Translations under genes and position numbers: made by a program
In this document: positions 1-12,900 of the stretch, in pieces
Position numbering within the stretch: the stretch's first letter is position 1
Layout: the number at the start of each line of letters is the position of its first letter
From: Macrostomum lignano
Lineage: Eukaryota
Assembly (NCBI GenBank): GCA_002269645.1
Contig: NIVC01000010.1
Span: 2,046,001 to 2,110,000, forward strand
Direction of reading: 5' to 3'
Length of the DNA: 64,000 nt
Notes under the pieces: model-generated
The model's database searches: none
Told to the model about the DNA's origin: nothing
Seen by the model: only the letters and a program-made list of their open reading frames with translations

Positions 1-1
1 T

Positions 2-115
2 GGCGCCAGTCCGCGCGCCCCGCTGGACAGAACTGACGGGGGCGCGGCGGCGGCGGCCGGCGTCAACTCCAAGGGAACGAAAACCGAACGGCTGGCCAAG
101 CTGGGCTTCCTCTGA
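2..115 (+). CDS. 3' end of a protein-coding gene starting before the window (...GASPRAPLDRTDGGAAAAAGVNSKGTKTERLAKLGFL*)
   Basis: GC-rich frame open from nt 2 to TGA at 113-115, then an abrupt switch to AT-rich 3'UTR-like sequence containing AATAAA motifs (~384, ~642). Product not recognised. Confidence 0.6.
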   Translation, partial: GASPRAPLDRTDGGAAAAAGVNSKGTKTERLAKLGFL

Positions 116-1071
116 GCACTTAAATCCTAATTTGGGAGTTGGTAATGCTTTAAAACTGTGTTGCACTTGCCTGAACTCTGAACCTGTAGAACCATTCTGG
201 ACTACATTCTCAGTAAGCTAACATAGACAAATTTACTTCATTTAAATTTATTTCGTTTTAATGGCTCCACTCAGTGTAAGACCGATCGTCCACGAAGTAG
301 TTGAATGTGGGTTCGTACATAAAAACATTATTTTTATATTGAGTTTTAACTCAAGTTTTATTCCCACACGTTATGTTTCAACTTTTAACTTGAATGTCTG
401 TGCTGTGTTTGTCTCCCCCGCTAGATATTTTTACCAGTTTATAATAAAGGTTTTCTTGTAATCTGTTTTAACAAATCTTCTACTTTCTCATTTCTTTTAA
501 TAATTACTTACTCGGTAAATCCACTAGTACTATGTTCGTTTAATCTTCCATATCAGTTATTGTTAATGGAATGGATCTGTGCTGCCATCATTATATTTTA
601 TTATTTGCGTATGACGTACCGAAACACACGGGCTGTAGTGTAATAAAAGCATCGTATCCTTCATATTAAGGTAAACTATTTTTTATAGCACACTGTTCTA
701 CAATACAATCTTTAATTTAAGTAGGCATGCAGAATCACAGTGTGTGTTGCGCTAATTTCTTTGTTATTTCCTTATCAAACTTAATTTTGTTATCTTTATC
801 AATAATTTATGAATGCAGTATACAATAGAATTAGCAACAACAAATAAATTTGCTAAACCGTGTCAAAATAAATCTGTTTTCGTCGATATAGCTAGTATAT
901 AAAGCTAGACTATAACTGTCTGTTTGATTGAAGAGATGAATTTGAGACCCATCTGTGCATATAAAAGTGCATTGAAGAAAAGGAAAGAGATAATTTGAGA
1001 TAATGGGGAGATAGCAAAATGAAAGTGGTAAAGGGGTTGAGAAAGAAAGAGACTGCAGAATATGAGAGTTT

Positions 1072-2188
1072 AAAGAGGGTTGTTTGAAAAAATCGCGACC
1101 TAGTAGCACAGACATGAGATTTGGTAGCTAAAAATGAGCGTTTTATTTCTTAACATACTGTAGTCCCCCATCAAGTCGATGATACACCTAAAGGATTATC
1201 CAGCGATGCTCAGGTGACCTGATATACTGTCTGAGTAGAACTCAATTGTTGGAGTGCACAAAAAACTATTCTGCTATGACCTCATCATCCCACTAGAGCT
1301 GTTGAAGCAGATAAAAGTCTGGCGGTACGAGGTCCATTCGTGAATGGCCACCGACTTGTGCGGCGGTGCCAATTGTCCTGCAGCAGCAGTACGGCGCCTC
1401 AGCTGAGCTTCCCCTCCACACGTTCTCATATGGCATTAAAACTCTCAGCTGTTGCGGCAGGTCTAACTCGTAGTACGCCCTCGTGATGGTATGGTCCTTT
1501 GCCAGGTAGCCACAGGCACACATCATCAGCATCGCAGAAGACTACGGCCATCACCTTTCCTGCTTACGGGGCCAGCCTTCGCTTTCCCACTGCTTAAACT
1601 GCATATGCTGCTTGTTGGACTCTGGCTGGAAATAGTGGACTTCAAGGTTTCGTTCACCGTCACCAAACGCTGCAGAAATCGATTGGGGTCAGCCTTAGAA
1701 AACTGATCGAAGATTCTGCTCAGCTGCAATCCGCGAGGATGATGTTGTCTGTCAATAATTTTGTCTGTCATTTGTGTTGTGGCGATTGTTGCGGGCTTTC
1801 CAGACCGCGGAAGGTCGTCTTCCAATTAAGCTTTTCTCTAAAAATTCCGCCGACCACTTTTTAACAGTGGTGTACATGCTCGATGGTGCGTCACGTAAAC
1901 AAGGATGCATAGCCACCATGTCGAAATGGCCTGATTTCCTGTTGCGTCATTAATTGCCTTCAAGCGCAAATACTTTATAATAGCGCTGTGCTTGGTTTTA
2001 TCCATGACGAACGGAAGGAACGATTTTTAAAAAATAAAATTACTGCAGAGTCTCTTTATGCAGCCAATTGCTTAAAATTGTATGTTTTAGGTTCTCAATT
2101 GGATGACTGAGACTGTGAAATAAGGTACGTAGGTATTTAGACAACTGCTTCTATGTTTTAGCCGCGAATTTTTCAATCAACCCTCGTA
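1072..2188 (-). mobile_element. Degenerate mariner (Tc1/mariner) transposon with both TIRs
   Basis: Minus-strand fragments MDKTKHSAIIKYLRLK (ATG 2005), TTVKKWSAEF, EDDLPRSGKP, GYLAKDHTITRAYY, MDLVPPDFYLL (YSPDLAPSD-like), DDEVIAE and EHRW follow mariner transposase order with frameshifts. TIRs: AAAGAGGGTTGTTTGAAAAAATCGCG at 1072 versus reverse complement TACGAGGGTTGATTGAAAAATTCGCG ending at 2188. Confidence 0.85.
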
Positions 2189-4028
2189 GCTTACCGAAGG
2201 GAATTCTTTCCTCGAAATTATTTGCGGTCGAGGCTTAAATAACTATTTTCTCATTTTTACTATCTGCTAACGAGTTATAACTACATGGATCAGTGGTGGC
2301 ACACGGTTCCAGCAATTACATGTATTCCCCGTCGGTTAAAATTCATATTACACCAGAAGTAAATACATAATATTGCCCGTTATTATGCTTAGCTTAATTG
2401 ACTGAATTGAATGAATTGTAACGAAAGTTGTAACAGAATGTCATGATAATATGGATTCATATAAACCATAATTGTTAGGCTATAGCTGCATGTGCCCTTT
2501 ATGATTTTTGGCGCAGCTGAGTACACGTACATGAATATGTATGTATAAGATATAAAATAAACATAGAATCTTTTTTTAATAGCATAAAGCTCTACAAATA
2601 TCAATAGAGCTAAAAGAAAGGCAAGAGATATAAAAAATAAACATTGCATGGATCTGCCTCCTGTATCAAAAGAATAACTTTTTGTGCTGAAAAGGGAAAA
2701 CATATTCATCAATTCATTCAATGACGTTAGGCAGATCAATGTATGAAAACATTTAATCCTTCCAAAAAATTCAAAGAAAAGTAGTTTACCGTCCTACTAC
2801 TTTATTAGTACATGGTGTACGTAATTGTAACTCTACAGCTACGATTTGGTATCTGGTGAAAACTGGAAAGATTTTGGCTGCAACGCACACCATTCAGTCT
2901 AGGACGACGGAAGTAGTAAGGACTAAATGCCAATAAAAAAACAAATTTTCATCTTCATCCATTATTCTATAAAATAATACAACCAAACAATAAAAACTAT
3001 TAAAAGTTTCAGTCGATGTTAACTGTTTTAAATCGACGCGAGGTATACTAATGTTCAAAAATACGCGTGTATTTAAAAGTGGATACTAGAAAGGGTTAAA
3101 CAAATTTTACCTTTTCAGTTTTAAACTACAGCTAAACGTGGTTAACCTCTAGCTAAAAAAAGTTATTACTAACCATTTAAACATTTTTTCTAATTTTAAA
3201 TCAATAAAGTGTTGAACAATTTGCTTTGAGTAATTTCAGCAATGTTTACAGCTGTTTTTTGACGATGTAAGCGAAAATTGTCAAGTTGCACTCTCTACCC
3301 TATATACCGTGCTGCTTGTTATAGAAATTTCTTAATTTAAATAGGACGGGAACTGAACGTCAAAGTTGTTCATTAGGCAAAGTTAGATCGTGTAATTATG
3401 GACTTTTTGAACTTTCAAGTTTAGTTATAAAAAAATAAAATATTTTAAATTTTGGATTCTTGTTTTTCTCCAGGCCTATCACCTATGGCCATGGGTATAC
3501 TTAGGTTTTTTAGAGTGCTGATTTCAAATTTAATCTCTATTTCGATGTGGCCTCAATCCGAATCTATGTAGGCTGGGTAGGCCCTAGCTGAAAACTAACT
3601 ACTGGGGCATTGCTGCCATAGTGGTTGCATAAGCCACAGCATAGCCATAGATAGCCATTGGCAAATAAATAAAGAGTTCTAGGATAGGGGCCTAAGGAAG
3701 AGATTCTTCATGGGGATTGGTTTAATGGGCCTGTTTATAGGCCTAGGTCTAGGCCCCTACCTAATTTTCAAGAGGCATAGTCATAGACTAGGGCCTAGAC
3801 CTAGCCTAGGGCCTAATATTATAAAATATAGGGGCCTAGGCCTAATATAGTCTTACTCTTAGATAAAATTCTTGTGAAAGTGAAATTTAGGTTCTACTTG
3901 TATTATTTATTAATTCTTAGCTCTTTAGTCTTGGGGACCACAATCATGGACCACTTAGTCCAAGAACTAAAAAAAACTATTTAGGAAAACTAAGCCTAAG
4001 GTAAGGCCTATATACAACCTATAAAAAC

Positions 4029-4430
4029 TAGAGGTCGGACGGGATCCCGATCCCAATCCCAAAATCTCGGGATCCCAAGGAAAATTGAATTCCTGCAGGA
4101 CCAGAATCCCGACCCTAAAAAACTCAAGATTTGGGAATAGGTCTTTTGATTAAAAATTTATAAAATTAGTGATTACTTGAAGAAGGTATTTTGCTTTAAC
4201 TTAAACTTGTTACATTATTTACTTTGTTGGTTACAAAACTTCATATTGATTTTGTTGTGTTTTACTTCTTGATCTTGAGAATCTTTTCTCAATTTTGTTT
4301 AACTTTATATAGACAATACACTAAAAGACCTGATCTTAATTCCCTAATCCTGATCCCAATTCCAATCCCAAGAAAAAAATTATTCCCAATCCTGATCCCG
4401 CCCAAAGATTTCAATCCCATCTGACCTCTA
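4029..4430. mobile_element. hAT-type MITE
   Basis: TIRs TAGAGGTCGGACGGGAT / ATCCCATCTGACCTCTA. Perfect 8-bp TSD ATAAAAAC at 4021-4028 and 4431-4438. No coding capacity. Confidence 0.9.
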
Positions 4431-6925
4431 ATAAAAACCTAAATGCAAACCTGCCAAGATATGCATTGGTAAAGATTGGGAAAATTTAGCTACTTGCACT
4501 CCTAAAAATGACAACCATAGATAGAATCTTCTGTGATGGCAACTTTTCAATGTTGTTAAGTATATAAGACCACTACAACACTAAGCCCCCAATAGTAGAC
4601 TTGAGCATTCAGATAAAAATTTAAATATCAAAAGCATTGAAAAAATGTTTTTTTTCAAATATTTGACCTACTAACAATTGGTAAAAATGTTATATACCAA
4701 TTTACCAAATGAATTTGAATCAATTGGGCTCATTAGATACTACCCCTTGGCCCCCATCTGTAACTGCTTTTAATGTTAATCAATGATAATAAAATTCAGC
4801 CAACCCTACAGATTGCAAGCCTACCACGTAAAGGGTCATAAAACTCTTAGGTTTATTGCAATAAATGTACATCTTACATTATACATATACATAAATCAAT
4901 TAATCCAAATGATCTGCAATATAACTGATATATTGCAGGCTATTGCAATATTACAATGAACATACATATATAAATAGTACATGTACACGACCTTGCTCTA
5001 AGCAGTATTTCAAGTGTCAAAAATGTCTCTAAAATGTGTTGGCAAAATTAATATTATATAGGTTTTGTATAGTCAACTATTTAAAACAAAATTAAAAACA
5101 AATGCTTCATTTATTGTATTTTATACTTTTTGATTTTTGTTTTAAAGTTTTATAATATTAAACTGTATGTTTTAAAATAAAGTAATAGGCCTAACATTTT
5201 TAATTTTTTTGTACTATACTATTCTTAATTTTACATTAGATTAAAATTATGTTTGGTTAAAATTATATTCCAGGCAAGTGACAAAATTAAAAATGTATGC
5301 CAATGTCATCTGTGTTAGTGTGTATATGCAAAATTTGTAAGGCATATTTTTTGTATGCTAGAATGTATGTTAGGCCAAGTATAGCATAGTAAATGCATAT
5401 TAGAGAAATCTGTTGTGTAGGCCACCTTCTTGACTATGGCCTATGTATTAATGGCCTAATGGGTATGGGATGCTATTAGAGTGTAAGTAAGACATGTTCT
5501 ATAATTAATGCAATTAAAACCCCTCATGTTATTGTTGGAGATAAGTTAAAATTTAATGATTGTTTGCTAGAGAAATGGTTGGCATTGGCCATTTGCACAT
5601 TTTAGTTTAATTGTATATATTTTATAGGATAATAAACAAGTTGGCTATATTGGTATCAACAATGGAAAGATAGAGAGCCAGTAAACCATGTGACCATTTA
5701 ACTAAATTGGCAATATAATCAATGATATTGTGCTTAAATTTTGCTAACTAATTCCTATTGCAGCCAATAGCCATTTTGGGGATAGCATTTACAAATATAT
5801 AGCATATGCCATCCTAAGCTAAGGGTGCAAATGAGCTCATTAGTTTGCCTATGCCATGTAAAACAATTGTTACAAGACAATATTAATTTATTACTTTTAA
5901 ATCAGTTTATAACGTATTATATATTGTGCATGTAAATAAATCTAAAGATAGACAGAAAGCTTGCAGTAAAAAATGACACTTGGAAAATAAATTGTCAATA
6001 CAGTTTGTTTAGAAAAAATGGAACTATTTTGTTGCTTTATTAATTAGCTATAGTTTGCTTAATCATGATCCCAGTCAAATCTACAGAAGAGTAGTAAGTA
6101 ATGTTTTTAAAAAAAGTTTTTCTTTCATATTACTAAATATTTCAAGTATGATTTAGCAAGTTTAAGATTGTAATTATCTGTTAGTCAATTATTTGTTATT
6201 TATTACTTAGCTAATTCAATTATTAGTTTAAAGTTGATATAAAAGGTTTGAAACAAATGCCAAAAAGTGGAGCATACAAAACAAAAGTAAAGTAACAATT
6301 TAAATTGGCAGGGAATTCCAATTCATTTAAAACTTAGATGACTATCAAAAAATATATAAGTAACCTAGACTTGAATTAATAGAGCTTAAAGTATAGTTAA
6401 AACAATTATATTGAATTAATAGTTGGAGAACCTTGCAATTTAATTTTCTAAAATTAATTTTAAATAATAAAAACTCAGATAGAAACTAAAAATTAAATAT
6501 GCTAACAACATCATTACATCCAGTATATTGGGAATAAAAAGCTAGTGGGTTTGTAGAAAGCAATCAGTTAAATTGTTTCAAAGAGGCAGATCATCATTTG
6601 TAGGCCTATGGACCTAGTAATAACATTCTGGTCATAATAGAGTTGTCTCCTAATTGTTCAACAATTGAAAGTTGAAAATTTAGTTTTATTTCATCCTTTT
6701 CTTTAATGCATTTAATAGAAGAGATCTTTATTGTTCTTTAGATCTTAAAGACTGAAAGTAATGAGTAGTAATAATTAGTCAAAGCTATACAATTTTTTGC
6801 ATAAATTTAGAGCACATTTCAGCTAATTTAAACAGTTATGCTATAAAAACCCTTATTTGGTAATTAGAATCTCATTTCTGCTCCCAAAAATACCCCCACC
6901 AACTTCAGCTGGTCTCATTCGTATC

Positions 6926-9900
6926 ATGTCAGCAGCAGACGATGAGGCCTGGAAATACAATTTGAGTCAGCGTATGCGAGAAATTTTCGGCGATCATAAA
7001 TCAGTTATTGACAGGTGCAGCGCTAATAATGTTACTATTGATAAAGTTTATCCTGGCGCGGCGCCGAAGCTTAGTCCGAAGCAGCTGCCACCGCCTCAGC
7101 AACTGAGCAGGCAGTCAGGCAGTAATCAACTGCCTGCCCAGCAGCGCCCCGCCCAATCTCATACCAGCTGCTCATCTGATCTGCTCCAATGGCCGCTGTT
7201 CACGTCTACTGACAGGTGATAATTATTTGCATTCTTGAAAGGGATTTGGCTGAAATAAAAAATTACATTTTTTAGACTAATTTGAATTTGCTCTCGGCTA
7301 TTCAATGTGACCATTTATTATTTTTTGTGCCTGACACTCCTTCTCTTCATATCCCTCTCCGCTTCGGCCCTCTATTTACTTGTCTCACAGTGCCTCTAGA
7401 ATAGAGCCAGTGTGCCTCTATTGATTACAGTCGTGTCCGCCCCCTTCGCTCCCCTCTATCTCCTCTTCCTTATCCCCCCTCTCCTTATCTCCCTCCCCCT
7501 CTCCTTATCTCCCTCCCCCTCTCCTTATCTCCCTCCCCCTCTCCTTATCTCCCTCCCCTCTCCTTATCTCCCCTCCCTCTCCTTATCCCCCCTCTCCTTA
7601 TCTCCCTCCCCCTCTCCTTATCTCCCTCCCCCTCTCCTTATCTCCCCTCCCCTCTCCTTATCTCCCCCTCTCCTTATCTCCCCTCCCCTCTCCTTATCTC
7701 CCCTCCCCACTCCTTATCTCCCCTCCCCTCTCCTTATCTCCCCCCTTTCCTTATCTCCCCCTCTCCTTATCTCCCCCTCTCCTTATCTCCCCCTCTCCTT
7801 ATCTCCCCCTCTCCTTATCTCCCCTCTCCTTATCTCCCCCTCTCCTTATCTCCCCCTCTCCTTATCTCCCCCTCCTTATCTCCCCTCTCCTTATCTCCCC
7901 TCCCTTTCTCTTTATCTCCCCTCCCCCTCTCTATCCTTCTGTACTAATCGTAATGCTAGAACTGCTCAATTATTTTCTTTCTCTAATAGCCAAAAACGCG
8001 GTAGCAGGACCCTCACAATTTGGAATTGCTAAGACACAAGAGAATTTATTTATTTAAGCAAGATCTTTTCATTGAACACCTGCGAGAATTTTTTTCGTTA
8101 TTAATTTATAAAAAAACCGAAAATATCTTTCTTAGAAGAAAAGTCAATGTGTTAGCGCATAAACATAAGATACGCAAATTATGTCACTGCCAGTTCTTTT
8201 GGTTGGGCCGCACTAAACTCCGCTGTCTAGTTGTTGACTATAATCTTGCAGTTTGCAGTTTAGCTACGGAGAGAGGAGGGGAGAGAGAGTGAGAAAGGCC
8301 AAGGCTAGAGCACAGATCGTGGTGGCCTCAGTTAAAGGGCTCGCGCATAAATTTATAATTGCAATTTTTTTCTCTTAGTTAAATAAAGTAAAGAAACATA
8401 AAGAGACTATAGGCAGTTGAATGTAAGCGTACAGTACTCGGCTTCTGTAAGTCAGTGTGTACTCTCGAAATAAATATTCTTTTTTATTTATATCTACCTA
8501 AGTCCATAGTGGTTAGACAGTCACTTGATTCATTTTTATAAAGGAACTGTGTTCTGTTTAGTTAAAAAATCGTAAAGTGTAATTCAATGTGGGTAGATTA
8601 ACAAAAAGTTTATTACTTTATGTAGTATAGCATAAAAACATAAAAAAATAGTGCGCTGGTGACTGCGCACTCTGCTACTGCCTCTGCTGGCTTGTCCATT
8701 TTAAAAAATTTAACTTTTTAATACTGTTCCTAATTGCTTGCTTTTGATTTCCTGTTGTGCTCTGAAACTTTGTGTAAGAAGTATTCATGAAGTTGCTTAA
8801 GGAGCTGGTGGTCACGACCATCTTAGTGGACTAATACGAAGGTTGCTGAAGTGCCTCTGAAGGATTATGGAAAGGGTAGCTGAAATGCCTCCGAAGTATC
8901 ATGGAAAGGGTAGCTGAAATGCCTCTAAAGGATCATGGAAAGGGTAGCTGAAATGCTTTTAAAGGATCATGGAAAGGGTAGCTGAAATGCCTGCGAAGTA
9001 TCATGGAAAGGGTAGCTGAAATGCTTTTAAGGGATCATGGAAAGGGTAGCTGAAATGCTTTTAGAGGATCATGGAAAGGGTAGCTGAAATGCCTCCGAAG
9101 TATCATGGAAAGGGTAGCTGAAATGCTTTTAAGGGATCATGGAAAGGGTAGCTGAAATGCTTTTAGAGGATCATGGAAAGGGTAGCTGAAATGCTTTTAA
9201 GGGATCATGGAAAGGGTAGCTGAAATGCTTTTAGAGGATCATGGAAAGGGTAGCTGAAATGCCTCTAAAGGATCATGGAAAGGGTAGCTGAAATGCCTCT
9301 AAAGGATCATGGAAAGGGTAGCTGAAATGCCTCTAAAGTATCATGGAAAGGGTAGCTGAAATGCCTCTAAAGGATCATGGAAAGGGTAGCTGAAATGCTT
9401 TTAAAGGATCATGGAAAGGGTAGCTGAAATGCTTTTAGAGGATCATGGAAAGGGTAGCTGAAATGCTTTTAAAGGATCATGGAAAGGGTAGCTGAAATGC
9501 TTTTAGAGGATCATGGAAAGGGTAGCTGAAATGCCTCTAAAGGATCATGGAAAGGGTAGCTGAAATGCCTTTAAAGTATCATGGAAAGGGTAGCTGAAAT
9601 GCCTCTAAAGGATCATGGAAAGGGTAGCTGAAATGCCTCTAAAGTATCATGGAAAGGGTAGCTGAAATGCCTCTAAAGTATCATGGAAAGGGTAGCTGAA
9701 ATGCCTCTAAAGGATCATGGAAAGGGTAGCTGAAATGCTTTTAAAGGATCATGGAAAGGGTAGCTGAAATGCTTTTAGAGGATCATGGAAAGGGTAGCTG
9801 AAATGCTTTTAAAGGATCATGGAAAGGGTAGCTGAAATGCTTTTAGAGGATCATGGAAAGGGTAGCTGAAATGCTTTTAGAGGATCATGGAAAGGGTAGC

Positions 9901-12900
9901 TGAAATGCTTTTAGAGGATCATGGAAAGGGTAGCTGAAATGCTTTTAAAGGATCATGGAAAGGGTAGCTGAAATGCTTTTAGAGGATCATGGAAAGGGTA
10001 GCTGAAATGCCTCTAAAGGATCATGGAAAGGGTAGCTGAAATGCCTCTAAAGGATCATGGAAAGGGTAGCTGAAATGCTTTTAAAGGATCATGGAAAGGG
10101 TAGCTGAAATGCTTTTAGAGGATCATGGAAAGGGTAGCTGAAATGCTTTTAAAGGATCATGGAAAGGGTAGCTGAAATGCTTTTAGAGGATCATGGAAAG
10201 GGTAGCTGAAATGCTTTTAGAGGATCATGGAAAGGGTAGCTGAAATGCTTTTAAAGGATCATGGAAAGGGTAGCTGAAATGCTTTTAGAGGATCATGGAA
10301 AGGGTAGCTGAAATGCTTTTAGAGGATCATGGAAAGGGTAGCTGAAATGCCTCCGAAGTATTATGGAAAGGGTAGCTGAGGTGCCCCTAAAGGATCACGA
10401 GCAACCCATCGTTTGCTTTCGGCAGTGACGCAGTCACACAGTAAAGCCCCTTCACCCACGTAATTCCCGTCCTTCATATGCAGGCGTCCCAGCACCGGTA
10501 GTGCAGCAGAGGCCCGTTCCAGCACGAGTTGCTCAACATCCAGCGCTCAGTGCTCGTCTTCTACCGCAACTAGAACTGTCTCGTCTCATTCCGCTTCAAC
10601 CTCAGCGTCAGTTTCTGCCAATTCAATTGCCAAAACTGCCTCATCATCATCGTCATCATCAGCTTTGTTGTCGGGGTCGTCCTATTCGAATAGTTCGAAT
10701 CGTTGCCAAGCGGTTAACGAGGACGGGCCGGGGGACGGCGACCCGGTTAGCGGCAGCATCAGCGCCTGGGTGACCGGCCGGGCACTTCAGGCCGGCGATA
10801 AGCGGCAAGATGCACAGTCAGATAGCACTCCAGATCTGCCGCAGCAGCACCGTAAGAAGCAGAAGCATCGTCGAAAAAATTCCGTCACCGTTAGCAACGG
10901 CAGCAAGGACGCACCTAGCGTGCAGAAATGCTTGAACTTTTTCCGTCGCGCCGTTCATCTAATTGGCGGCGACGGGCCGGCCCTCGAACCGCTAGATGGC
11001 GTTCGGCGGCACCCGAACCCGGATGTGGACTCCGCTGATGACGCCACCATACCTTGCGTCTCCCCTCTGGTCGATTCGCGCGCCGCCACGCCGATCGACT
11101 CCAGTCTTGAGGCTGCTGAAATCGAGCGAGCAAAAGCTACAGTTAAATCAGACAATAAATTGCAAATCTTCCAGTCTTTGTTTGGCGACGAAGAGCTGCC
11201 AGCTTCGCCGTCGCCTCCGGCGCCGCCGCCGCCGCCGCCTCCGCCACCGCCGCTGCCGCTGCCGTCCGCGACGTCGCAGCAATCGATTACAGAAGCGGAA
11301 GTCATCAAAAAGAAGAAGCCAGCAGTTGAGCGTCGACTAAGCGTCGAATCGGAGAGCGGCTACGGGTCGTTTACTCAGTACGAAACTTTTCCTTATTCAT
11401 CCGGCACGATTGACAGCGTTGGCGGCGGCAACGGCGTCAGCGGAGCGTCGCCACCTTGGGATTCGTTGTGCGCCGATTTTCTCAGCCAGACAGATTCGCC
11501 GCTGCCCGAGGCTCCGACAGTGAAATGCGAAGATTCGGCCCTAACAACGCGTGGACAATCGCCAAGGCAGTGGCCGAGCGACAGGTCGTTGTCGAGCTGG
11601 GACCGACGTCGGGATCGTTCGCAGTCTAGAGGTTCGCAGCATAATTCTGGCAGGGAATCCCGGGCGTTTCAACGCGACCATCGTTCCAGAGAGTCGCGTC
11701 GAGATTATCAAAGCCATCGCCGAGACGATTCCTGGGAATTCCGCCGGGGTAATTCCCGACGTCGAGAGTCCGGCGATTCACGTCGCGGTGAATCCCGGGA
11801 ATTCCAACGAGGTGAGTCCCGGCAATTCCAACGAAGGGAATCCCGGGAATTCCGAGGAGAATCCCGGGAATTCCAACGAGGAGAATCCCGGGAATTCCAA
11901 CAAGGTGAATCCCGGGAATTCCAACGAAGGGAATCCCGGGAATACCAACGAGGAGAATCCCGGGAATTCCAACGAAGAGAATCCCGGGAATTCCAACGAG
12001 GAGAATCCAGGAAATTCCAACGTCGGGACTCCCGATTCGATTCGGCGCGCTGCGGCTGGCAAGATGACGAAGTTGAACAGCCAATGTCGCCGCCTTCGGC
12101 CAAGCGAGCCCGATTGAGCCAGCCGCCTCTGCACCCTGGCGGCCTGCTGCTCCGCGTACCAGTTCAGCTGCTATTGTTCAACAACTGCAGCAGCGGCCGC
12201 GCGTCGTCGCGTTCGCCGCCGCGTAGACGAAAGCGCGAACAGCGCGCCACCCAGACCGAGGAGGCGCCGCCGCCAAGTCGGCCAACAGCTGCCGTGCCGC
12301 CGGTGCAAATCGCCGCAGATTCCGGCGCTGGCGCCTCGTCGAATGGAGCTTCAACTTTGTTGTTGAACTCGGCCGCTGCTCAGCCGGGCAGTCTGTCATC
12401 AACTGCTGCTGTTCCTGTGACCCTGCCCAGCACACTGGAGCGTCAGTGGCTTGCTGAATCTTTCGAATCCCTGTTCCGTCGGGCTCGCGATCTCAAACAG
12501 CGCGTCGATGCCGCTATTCGAGGTCGCCGACCTACGACTGGCAATTCGGCTAGCAACTCTTCGACCACGGCTGCGTCGGCAGGTGCCGATGTGGACTCGA
12601 ACGCTAAGCGGCATTTCCTATTGGCTAGCGTGCTGTTCCTTGCTGGTTGCTGGGCCGTTGAAGAGCGTCGCAGCCCAGGCTCTGACAATGGCAGCACTAA
12701 GCGAACTTATCACGAGATATCGCAATTTATTCGACATTTTATTCGGGTATTTCACGAGCGCGACGGCGGCAGTCCGGTTTCTAATTCAACGTCTAATTCC
12801 GGATCGGGTTCGGTTGCTGTCGGTGGCTCCAAGGCCAGCGGCTGTTTGGTTGAACTGTGCTTCCTAATGCTTAAATCTATTGTGGATTACAGACAGTTCT

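Noticed and set aside
3086-3099. piggyBac-like end (CTAGAAAGGGTTAA, reverse complement TTAACCCTTTCTAG)
   Set aside because: No matching partner TIR or transposase remnant found, so it could be chance.
2200-6850. Short ORFs in the AT-rich spacer, and similar ones at 261-1115, 32600-34400 and 48200-53600
   Set aside because: Low-complexity F/L/I/K-rich translations typical of AT-rich non-coding DNA, with no splice-consistent structure found.
10501-12867. Multiple overlapping alternative-frame and antisense ORFs over AFF exon 2
   Set aside because: Shadow ORFs expected in GC-rich, low-complexity coding sequence. The same applies to those over WDR89, MPDU1, PLPP, the lectin and the RTE.
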